DNA of 64,000 bases from an uncultured Fibrobacterota bacterium (GCA_963753345.1 CAVWBU010000035.1:128001-192000), one strand, 5' to 3'. Positions 1-10,495 are shown, counted from the first letter of the stretch. Numbers and translations: made by a program. The notes: a model not told the origin generated them from the sequence alone.

Positions 1-795
1 TATTACGTCAAGTATATCAACGCCATGAAAGACAACGGCATCACGATCTGGGGCTTAACCGTTCAAAACGAACCCCTGGCCGTCCAGACCTGGGAGAGCT
101 GCATTTATTCCTCGCAGCAGGAGCGCGATTTCGTGAAGAATTATCTGGGCCCGACTCTTGCGCAAAACAACGTCGCGCCAAAGCTCATGATCTGGGATCA
201 TAACAAAGACAGCATCGTGAACCGTGCCACCACGGTCCTGAGCGATGTCGGTGCTGCGAAGTACGTATGGGCCACGGCCTATCACCATTACGCGGGCGAT
301 TACTTCGACAACATGAACACCGTGCATGACGCTTTTCCGCAAAAGCTCCTGGTTGGAACGGAAAACAGCGTTCACGCGGGATTCTCCGAGGTCGAGCGCA
401 TGGCGCACGAGATCATCGGCGATTTGAACCACTGGTCGAGCGGGTATCTCACCTGGAACCTTATCACCGATCTCGACGGCGGTCCGTACCACGATCGAAG
501 TCCCGGCGTACCCGGCGATATCGAGGTTGATTCCCTCTCAGGCGCAGTCAATTACATGACCAATTACTATTATATGACCCATTTCAGCAAGTACATCCGG
601 CCGGATGCGGTGAGAATCGCATGCGTGTATCCAGGTACCGACATCGAAGTTACCGCCTGCAAAAACACAAACGGCAGCATCGTGGTAGCGGTGCTGAACA
701 AAACCGCCAATGCGGTGAATTTCAAGATAAAGCAGGGAACGCAGATTGTCAAGCCGACGATTCCTGCGCATTCAATTATGGATTTTATTTACTAA
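1..795 (+). CDS. Glycoside hydrolase family 30 (glucosylceramidase-like), 5' truncated by window
   Basis: TVQNEP acid/base motif, WDHN, W..WNL, YY..HFSKYIRP and C-terminal beta-sandwich typical of GH30. Confidence 0.9.
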   Translation, partial: YYVKYINAMKDNGITIWGLTVQNEPLAVQTWESCIYSSQQERDFVKNYLGPTLAQNNVAPKLMIWDHNKDSIVNRATTVLSDVGAAKYVWATAYHHYAGDYFDNMNTVHDAFPQKLLVGTENSVHAGFSEVERMAHEIIGDLNHWSSGYLTWNLITDLDGGPYHDRSPGVPGDIEVDSLSGAVNYMTNYYYMTHFSKYIRPDAVRIACVYPGTDIEVTACKNTNGSIVVAVLNKTANAVNFKIKQGTQIVKPTIPAHSIMDFIY

Positions 796-810
796 ATCAA
801 AGAAGAAATA

Positions 811-1256
811 CGGGGGAGAGGTTTCTCCCCCGGCCTCGGCCGGCTTCGCCGTCCTCAGCACTCCCCTCTCCTGGGTGCACCCCAAGTAGAAGCAGTTGCA
901 GAACCGGACACTTGTGTGGGGGCACCCACGAGCAATAGTTGATAAAGAAACCTGGTGGATGTTTATCCCGCCCAGAAACCTTGGCTGGCGCAAGAAAAGT
1001 CATTTGACAGAACGGATTTCCGTTGCCGCTGCGTTAGGGACGACGGAGGGTGTGCAAGAGCACATTGCCGGCCGACCCCGGCCGAGCCGGAGCGCCAGAG
1101 GCGCGGAGACCACCGCCGCAGGCGGCCCGCAGGGCGCGAAGCGTGAACGCCATCGGGGCTGACTGGCAACGAGGCCAACGGCCGAGCCCGGAGGATGACC
1201 CTTGGAAGCACCCGAAGGGGTGGAACCGACCCGAGCGCAGCGAGGGGAACGCCCAA
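811..1256 (+). repeat. Dispersed structured element, copy 1 (full length)
   Basis: GGGGGAG..TCCCCC start, CTCCTGGGTGCACCCC/GGGGGCACCCACGAG, TTGACAGAA, GCGTTAGG ... GGGAACGCCCAA end. Confidence 0.9.
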
Positions 1257-1379
1257 GTCTAATTCTTGATTTCCGAGCGCCACGAATCCTGATCATCCCT
1301 GATCGTGTGCCGAATGAAAACGACTCTCCTCATCATGCCTTCTGTTCCAGTTTGATCTTTATGGAAAGAATGTCTATGA

Positions 1380-3083
1380 TCAAGGTTGCTTTATAAGATC
1401 ACGAAAATCTTTCTCGTCCCATAAAATGGAAAGAGACTTGTCTCGTTTCCAAGCCGCGAAATCCTTGAAGCCTTTGTCGATGGCCCTCTTGAGCCAAGCA
1501 AGGGCATCCACGTTATCTTGCTTGAGTGAATAACATTCGGCGATTCGCCAGCAGGACTTGGCAGCAATTGGCGGGAACACGGATGCGTTCTGATAATCGG
1601 CGATAGCCTCATCATATTTGCCTTGAGATCTTAACACGTTGCCCCGATGAAAGTGGGCATAATGATCATCGGGCCTTTGCCGTATCGCCTCATTGAAATC
1701 TTTCAGCGCCGAATCAATCTTTCCTGTGAGACTGTATATCAAGCCTCTGCCGAAATAAGCATGCTCCTGGGCCCCGTTGTATTCCATTGGTGATAGCCAC
1801 GCGATGGCCTTCGTGTACCACACAATGGCGCTGTCGTACCGTCTTGCATCACCAAGGGCAATCGCTTTGTTCAGTGCCGCCAGAGAATGATTGCCCGAAA
1901 GGAACAGGGTACTGTCGAAATCCATAATGGCCTTGGCAAGATCTCCCATCTTGTAGTACACAATTCCCCTGCCGAAATATGCGTTTGCAAAATGGAGCGT
2001 AGGGTCGTATAGGTATGAACTGCTGTCGAGTGTTATCGCTTTCGTGTAATCGGCAATGGCATCCTTTAACTTGCCCAGAGTCTTGTACGTGGCGGCTCTC
2101 TTGGCGTACGCGTCGGCCCACGATGGATTGATCTTTATGGCAAGGTTGTAATCCTTGATCGCCCCTTGGTAGTCGTTGCGGATATCGCGAAGCACTCCGC
2201 GATTCGTCAACGCATCAACGCAGGAACTGTCAAGCATTATCGCGTTTGTGTATTCTGCTATCGCGCTGTCGTACTGCACTTGTACGTACCGCGCCGGATC
2301 GGGAATTTTCATGCGTGCGGCGTAGCGCGGGTTGGCAGCCATGGTCGAAATAAAGTAGCGGGCGGAACCAAGTCCGTTGTGGACAGCGGCGATTCGTGGA
2401 TTCACCTTGAGGGCGGATTCATAAAAGCCGATCGCTGAGTCGAGAAGTCCGGTATAGAGAAACAATTCACCCATACCGGCAAGCGCGGTGACATTGTTCG
2501 GGTCTTGCTTGAGTACCTGCCGAAACGCCGAAAAGGCTTTGGCTCGGTCTCCAATAATCTTGTTTGCATTTCCCAGATTTATGAGACTGGTCTCATCCTT
2601 GGTCATAGCTTCAGTCCGCTGATACGTGAGGCCATCACCTCCTCTGGCTTTAATCTCAACCGGTGTTTGCGTACCGGTTTGCTTCATACGAGGCAGGGGA
2701 GCACCATTTCTTGCGGGTATTTTGCTGTATTTTGCGATTGAGACCGTTTTGGGTTGCGTTGGGGCATACTTCGCGGCCTCAAGCTCCTTGCTCGGTTCAC
2801 TTTCCTTTGTCAAGGAAGGATTCGGTCCGCGCCAGAGCCTTGCCGCTTGTTCTTTTTGAGTATTATGATAGACAGGGGGAGCGGCCTTACCCAACGGAAT
2901 GGTGCAGAGCACTATGCCGAAGACTACGCCGATCACCAGGGCGAGCGCCTCAAAGGTCGCCACCCTGTTCCCTGATTCGATGAGAAAAATATCCCCGCGA
3001 TCTTCCAGAACCCGCAGGAACTCAGCATCGCTCAGGAGCTTTCCCTCATCATCTTCTTCGTTTTCAAGTTGACGAGGATACAT
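1380..3083 (-). CDS. Membrane-anchored tetratricopeptide repeat protein
   Basis: One N-terminal TM segment and many TPRs (AYFGRG..Y..GD..KAI.DF). Confidence 0.85.
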   Translation of the reverse strand: MYPRQLENEEDDEGKLLSDAEFLRVLEDRGDIFLIESGNRVATFEALALVIGVVFGIVLCTIPLGKAAPPVYHNTQKEQAARLWRGPNPSLTKESEPSKELEAAKYAPTQPKTVSIAKYSKIPARNGAPLPRMKQTGTQTPVEIKARGGDGLTYQRTEAMTKDETSLINLGNANKIIGDRAKAFSAFRQVLKQDPNNVTALAGMGELFLYTGLLDSAIGFYESALKVNPRIAAVHNGLGSARYFISTMAANPRYAARMKIPDPARYVQVQYDSAIAEYTNAIMLDSSCVDALTNRGVLRDIRNDYQGAIKDYNLAIKINPSWADAYAKRAATYKTLGKLKDAIADYTKAITLDSSSYLYDPTLHFANAYFGRGIVYYKMGDLAKAIMDFDSTLFLSGNHSLAALNKAIALGDARRYDSAIVWYTKAIAWLSPMEYNGAQEHAYFGRGLIYSLTGKIDSALKDFNEAIRQRPDDHYAHFHRGNVLRSQGKYDEAIADYQNASVFPPIAAKSCWRIAECYSLKQDNVDALAWLKRAIDKGFKDFAAWKRDKSLSILWDEKDFRDLIKQP

Positions 3084-3391
3084 ACATCTTCCCTTCCATC
3101 TCCTTTATTAGAGCAGAAATTTGGGGGAAAGTTCCCAATTATTGGAAATACTTGCCTTGCTCAGTTGTTGCAACGGCCAGCATTGTGGGCGTTTGCAAGC
3201 TTCCCTCGCGTCGTTTATGGAGTCCAAATCTCGATTCGCAACTGAGGAGAACCGAGCATTGACGATAAAGCCAGCAACCCGTTCAGACGTTCTTTGGTCA
3301 AATAGGATGAACGAAGAAAGTCACCAATCGTTGTGGAAAGGAAGATAACATCTTCGGGGCATGGTACTATCCCCAGAAAAAGGAGGCGCAT

Positions 3392-3943
3392 TTGACTTCG
3401 CGAATGTTTTACAGAATTGCAGCGTTCCTTGCAGTCTTTGTCAGTGTTCCGTTTCTTGCCCTTGCGGGTGAGGAGATGTTTGAAGGACTTAAAATCACCA
3501 CCGACAACAAAGGTCACATTGCTTCGATTTCAGTCAGCAATCCCGATTCATATTTAAAGACCGAAGCCGAATTTCTCTTTTCCGTATCCCCCGATGGAAC
3601 TCCCACAAGCTGCACGATTACATTTAAGGACAATGTAAAGCGTCCCATGAAACACGGTGAAGTCGAGCTTCATTTTAAACAATGCGGAGGTCCCAACGCG
3701 GTATGGGACTACTATTCGCAACATGGGAAAACCGTGTCGTATCCGCCTGAAAACGACAAGCTTCCGCCCGAAGCCTATGGGAAAGTGTCCAGGATAATAT
3801 GTGTTGATGGGAGCCGATTCATCGGACGGCTCGCCCAATGGGCCAACAAACCCGAGGGCTTTTCACTTACTATGGAAGGAGCAAGTGGCGGTCCGATTCC
3901 GTTTTTCAACGGCAAGGTAAAAGAGATTCAGCAGATGAAGTAA
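3392..3943 (+). CDS. Secreted hypothetical protein, paralog A
   Basis: Signal peptide, AGGAGG upstream, highly similar to 4210-4773. Confidence 0.8.
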   Translation: MTSRMFYRIAAFLAVFVSVPFLALAGEEMFEGLKITTDNKGHIASISVSNPDSYLKTEAEFLFSVSPDGTPTSCTITFKDNVKRPMKHGEVELHFKQCGGPNAVWDYYSQHGKTVSYPPENDKLPPEAYGKVSRIICVDGSRFIGRLAQWANKPEGFSLTMEGASGGPIPFFNGKVKEIQQMK

Positions 3944-4209
3944 GAATAATGGCGCAATTGGGCAAGCAAAGAATAGTGTGAGATCAGGACAATTGGTTCG
4001 ATAAGGGAAAGTGTGATTCAGCACATCCGGAACAAAACTGTTGGATTGAAGGAAGGCTTCCACTCGATCTTCAGGCCTCTTTGCAAAGAAAACAAGTTCC
4101 CCTCCCACACAATCCCCAGACACCTGTGTGTGGAGGGATAGTCACCGCAGCCCACATGATCTTCGGTAATCCACTACCCCAGAAGCCGTCGACTCCTATT
4201 GGCGAAGGT

Positions 4210-4773
4210 TCATTTCATCTGTTGAATTTCCTTGACGGTTCCGTTGAAAAACTGGATCGGGCCGCAGCATGCGCCCTCTACAGCAAGTGAAAAGCCATCG
4301 GGTTTGTCGGCGAGTTTGGCGAGCCGACCGATGAACTGCTTTCCGTTATTGAGAATCAGCCTGGATATTTTTCCATAAGCGTCATCTGGGACCCTGTCGG
4401 TACCAAGGTTGAATGAGGTAGTTTTTCCATGCTGTGAGTAGTAGTCCCACACCGCAGTTTGACCGCCGTACTGTTGAAAATAGAACGTGAGTTCGCCGTC
4501 CTTCATGGGACGTTGGACCTTGTCTCTGAAAGTAATGGTGCCGCTTGTGGGAGTTCCGCCGGGAGACACGGAAATGAGGAACTCTGATTCGATGTTGAGG
4601 GTAGTGCCGGGATTGCTTATTGAAATCGAAGCAACGTGACCGCTGTAGTCGGTTGTGAGCTTAAGTCCCTCAAATTCCTCCTCTCCGGCGAAAACTACGA
4701 ATGGTATGCCGGCCACGACAGCAAGCGTAGTAACAAATCCGCACCACATTCGTGATTTCATACCTGCCTCCAT
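4210..4773 (-). CDS. Secreted hypothetical protein, paralog B
   Basis: Signal peptide; shares GEE.FEGLK.TTD, AVWDYYSQHGKT and VKEIQQMK with paralog A. Confidence 0.8.
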   Translation of the reverse strand: MEAGMKSRMWCGFVTTLAVVAGIPFVVFAGEEEFEGLKLTTDYSGHVASISISNPGTTLNIESEFLISVSPGGTPTSGTITFRDKVQRPMKDGELTFYFQQYGGQTAVWDYYSQHGKTTSFNLGTDRVPDDAYGKISRLILNNGKQFIGRLAKLADKPDGFSLAVEGACCGPIQFFNGTVKEIQQMK

Positions 4774-5246
4774 TTTTAGGTTGATGGGCCGCGTTAAAAG
4801 AGTCTTTCGCTTTCCGACGCCGGAGTTTGCTTTTGTCTCTTCAATCTATTTGACGCAGGAAACTGCTGATCGGTTGCTTTATATTGCTGTCCTATGTACG
4901 AAACTGCGGACCCGTCTATCGCGATGTTTTTTGGTGGCATAGCCTCATTGATAATATAATATAACGAAGAAGGGTTTGGGCTTGCCATGGAGCTGATGGA
5001 AAATCTCGCGACTATGCCGGGGATTGGATTGTCAGCCTTGAGCGCTTAAGCGTGGCTTGCAAGTGTTCCCCATTAACCTCTGGAGGCAAGATAACGGATT
5101 TTCAATATTTTTGGCGGCAACCTTATCGGGTACTATTGGTCAAAGATAAAGGAAGAGAGGATGCTAATCGGACTAGGATAAATGATCAAAGCAGAGCTAT
5201 TTTGATTACGACAGATCTTCAAAAATCATTTCCAAAGGAGGTTCCC

Positions 5247-5837
5247 ATGAATCTGTTAAGAACCAACGTTAGAACCACCCTCATGACGAACATGTTCATG
5301 GGAGCGTTTCTTCTTGTTGCGCTGGCGCCGCAAACGGGATCTTGTCAAAATAACGTTTGCGCTGTGCACCTCGACGCCAATGGCGTCATGACTTCCATGA
5401 CCGTCACCAATCCGCTCACCTCGCTGCAAATCGAAAAACAATTCGATTTTGATGTGGACAATCAGGGCAATCCGACAAAAGGGATTGTCACCTTCAAGAA
5501 GAGCCTGTATTACGGTGAAGTCCAGCGCGAGCTCAAAGTTCCGATTGAGCTGAACCTCATGTGGGAGCAGTTTGGAGGGCCGCAGGAATTTTGGAACAAC
5601 GCGGAAAAGAACGGGAGAATAGTTGCATACAATTCCGTGGAAGATCTTCCCAATGACGTTTTCGGCAAGAAGGTACGTCTCTTTCTTAAAGCCGCTTCGT
5701 CAGCGCATTTGACGGACTATATTGGGATATTGTCAAAGCCGGCAACCCATCCGGAATCCATCCTGCTCAATACAGGAGGCGCGCAACCGCTGCAAATAGA
5801 TAAAGGACTTATCCGCGAAATCCAGCGGCTTAAGTAG
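5247..5837 (+). CDS. Secreted hypothetical protein, divergent paralog C
   Basis: AGGAGG then ATG at 5247; G.PT.G..TFK, QFGG...W and IREIQRLK align with paralogs A/B. Confidence 0.7.
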   Translation: MNLLRTNVRTTLMTNMFMGAFLLVALAPQTGSCQNNVCAVHLDANGVMTSMTVTNPLTSLQIEKQFDFDVDNQGNPTKGIVTFKKSLYYGEVQRELKVPIELNLMWEQFGGPQEFWNNAEKNGRIVAYNSVEDLPNDVFGKKVRLFLKAASSAHLTDYIGILSKPATHPESILLNTGGAQPLQIDKGLIREIQRLK

Positions 5838-5881
5838 GAAAGGCTCGAATTGCGTCGGGGTGGCGCAGGGGATTTGCATAA

Positions 5882-5996
5882 TTATTTGAGCACCCCCGGT
5901 TCATTCACCTTGAGCCATTCCATTCCTTTCCGGTTGCAATACAGGATGGCCCCGGGCTGGCCGCCTTGACGATCACGATCTCGAGACTGTTCCTTG
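5882..5996 (-). pseudogene. 3'-end remnant of a paralog of the 7827-8246 gene
   Basis: About 110 nt matching 7827-7950, with mostly third-position differences and small indels. Confidence 0.75.
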
Positions 5997-6096
5997 CTTT
6001 GTCTCTATTTTTTTGCCCCCCTCTCCCGCATTTACCATATTTCCTTATCACGCCCAAACCGGAATAATTGTCGCTTCTTCAACAAAGGAGGTCCTC

Positions 6097-6402
6097 ATGA
6101 AATGGTACCATTATGTCGCGTGCTTTTTTGCAGGCCTGTTCCTGGCAAATTTTGTCCCGCATTATATTCACGGGGTATCCGGCGACGCCTTTCCCAGCCC
6201 GTTTGCAAACCCGCCGGGCAAAGGATTGTCCTCCCCCCTGGTCAATGTTCTGTGGGGGCTCGGCAACCTTGTGGTCGGATACATCCTGGCGCGCGCGGGC
6301 AAGCTTACAAAAGCGGACATTTGGGGGCTTCTCGTGTTCTTTGCCGGCGTGGCATTCATAAGCATACAACTGTCCTTTGCATTTGCGGGAAAGATGCATT
6401 AA
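6097..6402 (+). CDS. Small membrane protein (HG.SG..FPSPFA.PPG.GLSSP..NVLWG family)
   Basis: RBS, three hydrophobic segments, distinctive conserved-looking motif. Confidence 0.75.
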   Translation: MKWYHYVACFFAGLFLANFVPHYIHGVSGDAFPSPFANPPGKGLSSPLVNVLWGLGNLVVGYILARAGKLTKADIWGLLVFFAGVAFISIQLSFAFAGKMH

Positions 6403-6448
6403 AAGAAATCGGTCCCGCCGATACAACATTTTTCAGAGGTAGTTTGGC

Positions 6449-7510
6449 ATGAAAATCATTCTTGCCTTATTACTGTTTGTCTTGCCATGCCTTGTCTTTG
6501 CCGCTCCTCCGGCCGATCAAGGGTATAGTCTCACATGGTCCGACGAATTCAACGGCGCCGGCATTGATACCAATACATGGAGTTTCGATACGGGGTGCAC
6601 CTATGATGATAGCTATGAATATTATTCTCCGGGAAAAAATGTTTTCATTGAAAATGGGGCTGTCGTTCTTGAAGCAAGGAAAGAACCGGTCCGGCAGAGG
6701 TGCGGTAATTATTACACTTCCTGCAAAATGAATACCCTGGGAAAGGCGGAATTCAAGTACGGATACATGGAAATCCGGATGAAAAGTCCAAAGGGCGATG
6801 GACCTGTTCCCGAAATCTGGATGATGGGTTCGAACTACTCTCACGTGGCGTGGCCGACATGCGGTGAAATTGACTTATGTATACAAAGGACCGGTTCCCA
6901 ACTATACAACGGAACCCCTGGCGACAATTGTTTCGTCTCCTCATGTGACTTTAGTCATGGTCCCGGTACGGCGGATTACCGTTACCTCCAACATGACTAT
7001 TCAGAATGTCTATGCAACGATTATCATCTCTATGCCATCGAATGGGATTCGCTCAAGATACAGTACTTCTTCGATGACCAGAAATTCTGGGAATACGACT
7101 CGATTTGCCAGAGCGTCAATTTCGCCACATTTCATCAGCCATTCTTTTTTATCGCGAATATCACGATCGGAGGATCATATCAGGGGAATGTTATCGACAC
7201 AACCATTTTCCCCCAACGCATGTACATCGATTACATCCGGGTGTATCAGAAGAGCACCCCGGTAATCAACACACGACAAAAACGCACGCTTCCCGAATTG
7301 GCGCTTTTCAATTCATCCCGAGCCGGCCTTAACGTGTACGACCTGCAAGGCCGTTTTGTGGGCGATCTTTCCGGCTTGTCCGGCATGACTGAACATGATG
7401 GGGTTCTGTTCGTCAAGGCGGTAAAATCCAGGGTCCCGCAAGGAGTATATGTTGCAGCCGTTTCCAGCGGTGGGCAGTTCATCAATGAAAAGGTGGTCAT
7501 TAGGAAGTAA
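6449..7510 (+). CDS. Glycoside hydrolase family 16 with C-terminal sorting domain
   Basis: WSDEFNG, FKYGYMEIRMK, WPTCGEID, YIDYIRVYQ; VYDLQGR...QGVY tail. The third catalytic residue of E-x-D-x-x-E appears as Q (GEIDLCIQ). Confidence 0.85.
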   Translation: MKIILALLLFVLPCLVFAAPPADQGYSLTWSDEFNGAGIDTNTWSFDTGCTYDDSYEYYSPGKNVFIENGAVVLEARKEPVRQRCGNYYTSCKMNTLGKAEFKYGYMEIRMKSPKGDGPVPEIWMMGSNYSHVAWPTCGEIDLCIQRTGSQLYNGTPGDNCFVSSCDFSHGPGTADYRYLQHDYSECLCNDYHLYAIEWDSLKIQYFFDDQKFWEYDSICQSVNFATFHQPFFFIANITIGGSYQGNVIDTTIFPQRMYIDYIRVYQKSTPVINTRQKRTLPELALFNSSRAGLNVYDLQGRFVGDLSGLSGMTEHDGVLFVKAVKSRVPQGVYVAAVSSGGQFINEKVVIRK

Positions 7511-7562
7511 AGCGGGATGGGCCTACGTTTTCTTGATTGACAAAAACAGCGCTACCCTTTGT

Positions 7563-7787
7563 CCAGAAACCTCGGCTGGCGCAAGAAAAGTAATTTGACA
7601 GAACAGATTTCCGTTGCCGCCGCGTTAGGGGCGACTGGAGGCCGCGCAGGAGCGCGGTGCCGCCCGACCACGGCCCGCAGGGCCATCGTGGCAGGCGGCC
7701 CGAGGCCGAAGGCCGACGACCCTTGGAAGCACCCGAAGGGGTGGACCGGAAGGAGAACCGACCCGGCTTTAGCCGGGGAACGCCCAA
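7563..7787 (+). repeat. Dispersed structured element, copy 2 (3' module only)
   Basis: TGGCGCAAGAAA, TTGACAGAA, GCGTTAGGGGCGACTGGAGG ... GGGAACGCCCAA. Confidence 0.9.
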
Positions 7788-7826
7788 ATCTTTTCCTTGG
7801 TATTTAGATTGGGGGGATTTGTATCA

Positions 7827-8246
7827 TTACTTGAGTGTGTCAATGACCCCCGGCTCATTCACTTTGAGCCATTCCATTCCCTTACGGTTGCAATACAGGA
7901 TGGCTCTGGGGCTGGCCGGCTTGACGATCACGATCTCCAGGCTGTCTTTGGTGTTCCATTCCACACGGTAGTAGTATTCCCCTTTTGTCGGTTTCCCGAT
8001 TTTTGTTTCGATGGAGGCCTTCAGGTTGTCGATAACGGCCTTGTTCTTGAGCGGGCAGACCGTGATCATGTCCCGCAGCACCGAATCGATGACCACGTTC
8101 CGCATCGAATAGATGAGCGATAAATTCGTGGTCTCGATAATCGGCCTTCCCACGGAATCCTTGACGATATACGTTACTGCGTGCTGGGCATGGGCGGGGA
8201 CGACAAACGCGACGACGATGCACATAAGGAGCGAATGGTTTTTCAT
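7827..8246 (-). CDS. Secreted hypothetical protein
   Basis: Signal peptide ending AHA; synonymous conservation with the remnant at 5882-5996 supports coding. Confidence 0.7.
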   Translation of the reverse strand: MKNHSLLMCIVVAFVVPAHAQHAVTYIVKDSVGRPIIETTNLSLIYSMRNVVIDSVLRDMITVCPLKNKAVIDNLKASIETKIGKPTKGEYYYRVEWNTKDSLEIVIVKPASPRAILYCNRKGMEWLKVNEPGVIDTLK

Positions 8247-8390
8247 GATGTTCCTTCCGGAAACCGGGCCATGACCGACTTTGAAGAAAATATAGCTATG
8301 CGCGCTCCTTATTGTCAAATCCGACGATAACGCCGCCCTGGAAGAAGACTTCGAGCCGGTAATTTACTCATTGTCAAGATTCGTTATTTC

Positions 8391-9530
8391 CTATTTCATA
8401 AATAAAAACGTCCGGGCAATGTCCTGTCTCCCGCCCGTTGGCCGTGCAATGTAGCTTCCCGCGGGAACAGGCGCGCCGCTGGTATTCGTTCCCCGCCAGA
8501 CGGCCGTAGTGCCCTGCACGGGCACCCGCGCCACGATGCGGCCATGGATGTCGTAAATGTAAAGAGCGGAATACGGATTTTCCTTGGGGAGATTGAACGT
8601 CACCCCGAACGAATTACAATAGACTGCAGTTGCGGGCGTGCCTTCTTTTGTTGCTGCGGACGCTGGCCTGCGAACAGAGGTAAGAACCGTGGCCGGGTCA
8701 ATCAATTGTTTGGTCTTGGCAGCCGATCCCCAATAGCCCACCCCGGGATTCTGGATTCCTCCGGTACTGTCCTGAAACACGCGCGAATAATCTGTTGTCA
8801 AGGTCATCGGCCATATCGTCGAGCTGTTCGGAAGGCCGGGCCAGGATCCGCCTATCGCTACATCGTACATAAGCCACATGAAGTCATTCGTATTGTCGGA
8901 TGAAACGTCGCAATGTTTCGTCGCTATGCCGTCTATGTACCAGGTCACTCCGGAGGATGTCCACAAAAATCCATAGATATGATAGACGTTGTTGTTGCCG
9001 CTGAGCTTGTTGCTGGATAGATCAGCGCAGGTGTCAAGACCTCCCGCGGTTATGTGCGGGGTTTGATAGCACGTCAGGGAATCCGATGCAAACTCGAAGA
9101 TGTCCCACTCCGGCGGCCAGCGGGATGTCGAGCTCAGCCAGTATGCGGGCCACGAGCCCTGGGTCACTTTCATTTTTATCCGGCTTTCAAAATAGCCGTG
9201 CTTGAATGAAGGGACCGCGGAAAAATAACCGGAAGAGGAATCCTTTCTCCCTTCAATGGTGATCGCGCCGTTGCCTGCGACAAGATTGCTTCCGTCCGTG
9301 GTGACATGTTCGATGCCGTAGCTGCCGCCCGGCCAGCTGGCATTCGTTTTCATCCAACGATCGGTGCTGAGAGAGTCGCTGTTGAATTCGTCGCTGAAGA
9401 CAAGGTGATATCCAGACGGAACATATGAAATTCCGGGGTCGGGCTGGTCGGTGGCAGTTGCGATGAATGGGAACAAGACAACTGTTAGAAAGAGGAAGGG
9501 CAGGCCTACAGTGGAAATTTTCTTCTGCAT
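8391..9530 (-). CDS. Glycoside hydrolase family 16 with FlgD-Ig/T9SS-like tail
   Basis: FSDEFN, WPAYWL, WPPEWDIFE catalytic motif, DYSRVFQ; IYDIHGRIV...W.G.N..G.PVPAGSY tail. Confidence 0.88.
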   Translation of the reverse strand: MQKKISTVGLPFLFLTVVLFPFIATATDQPDPGISYVPSGYHLVFSDEFNSDSLSTDRWMKTNASWPGGSYGIEHVTTDGSNLVAGNGAITIEGRKDSSSGYFSAVPSFKHGYFESRIKMKVTQGSWPAYWLSSTSRWPPEWDIFEFASDSLTCYQTPHITAGGLDTCADLSSNKLSGNNNVYHIYGFLWTSSGVTWYIDGIATKHCDVSSDNTNDFMWLMYDVAIGGSWPGLPNSSTIWPMTLTTDYSRVFQDSTGGIQNPGVGYWGSAAKTKQLIDPATVLTSVRRPASAATKEGTPATAVYCNSFGVTFNLPKENPYSALYIYDIHGRIVARVPVQGTTAVWRGTNTSGAPVPAGSYIARPTGGRQDIARTFLFMK

Positions 9531-9794
9531 GACAGGAAAATATGATGCAGTGGGGGAGCAGGTCAAATGGTATTATCTGAGATTCCGGGTCAGGAATGTA
9601 ATATGAATCGCGTATTGTTTTGCACCCCCAAACGAATACCCCGAAAAATCTGGACGAATGTATTTTCTGAGCGTATCTTAATGACTTGAGAGTATTGGTT
9701 TTGAATCCCACAGCGAGCGCATTCCTCGCAGCTTGCTGCGGGGATCTTCAATTCGCTTCAAGTCGATGAGAAGAGAAAACTACCGGACGCCATC

Positions 9795-10139
9795 ATGGAA
9801 ATACTAACTCGGAAAATTACAACCGCCTCTCTCAAATCAATGGCGGAAGAAACGTTCGGCAATCTGGTGAAGGCTGTTGTGGATGTGCGGTTAAGCAAGA
9901 TGGCGGTGGACGCAGAGCTGCATTCGGACGAAGAAGCTTTGCTCCTGGAAAGCGGGTCCCTGCAGCAGGACTTGTGGGGAATCAACATCTACCCAGAGTA
10001 CGAAAAGACAAGCGCCAGCTTTGTCGAATTTGATTCCATGATCAATGTACGTCCCTCGCAGGGAAACAGGAGCCGCGGCGTTGAGAACGCCCAAACCCGT
10101 GAAAAGATACTTGCCGTCGTCCATGAGTGGATTTCATGA
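9795..10139 (+). CDS. DUF5674-like protein
   Basis: VKAVVDV..ELHSDEE..LL..GS.Q.DLWGINIYP..EFDSMIN.RPSQGNRSRGVE. Confidence 0.75.
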   Translation: MEILTRKITTASLKSMAEETFGNLVKAVVDVRLSKMAVDAELHSDEEALLLESGSLQQDLWGINIYPEYEKTSASFVEFDSMINVRPSQGNRSRGVENAQTREKILAVVHEWIS

Positions 10140-10495
10140 ATTATCAGCATAAGCAGCTTGCCCAAGGCCGCTGGAAGGAATTCTCCTTTGTTGAACAGAT
10201 GGGTAATATCGGAAGCGAAATCGAGCGGACGATTCTCTGGAAGGAAAAGGGCAATCCGGATTACAGTAATCTTGCATTTGAGCGGGCGCTTGAGTTGCTC
10301 GATCTGACGATCGACAACGCAAAAACCGGATCTCGCCTGAGGGAACTCACCCGCACGCGTGAAGCGCTTGTAGACCATTTTATCTTTTCCAATGAATACG
10401 GCACAACGGACGAATGCTGGAGGAAATATTTTTTCTGTTTTGCCTATGCGGCCCGGGTGCGGAAAGCAAATGGCGTAATCACGTCGGCCACGTAG
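10136..10495 (+). CDS. Conserved hypothetical helical protein coupled to the DUF5674 gene
   Basis: ATGA overlap with the upstream stop; EQMGNIGSEIER, RALELLDLT motifs. Confidence 0.75.
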   Translation: MNYQHKQLAQGRWKEFSFVEQMGNIGSEIERTILWKEKGNPDYSNLAFERALELLDLTIDNAKTGSRLRELTRTREALVDHFIFSNEYGTTDECWRKYFFCFAYAARVRKANGVITSAT

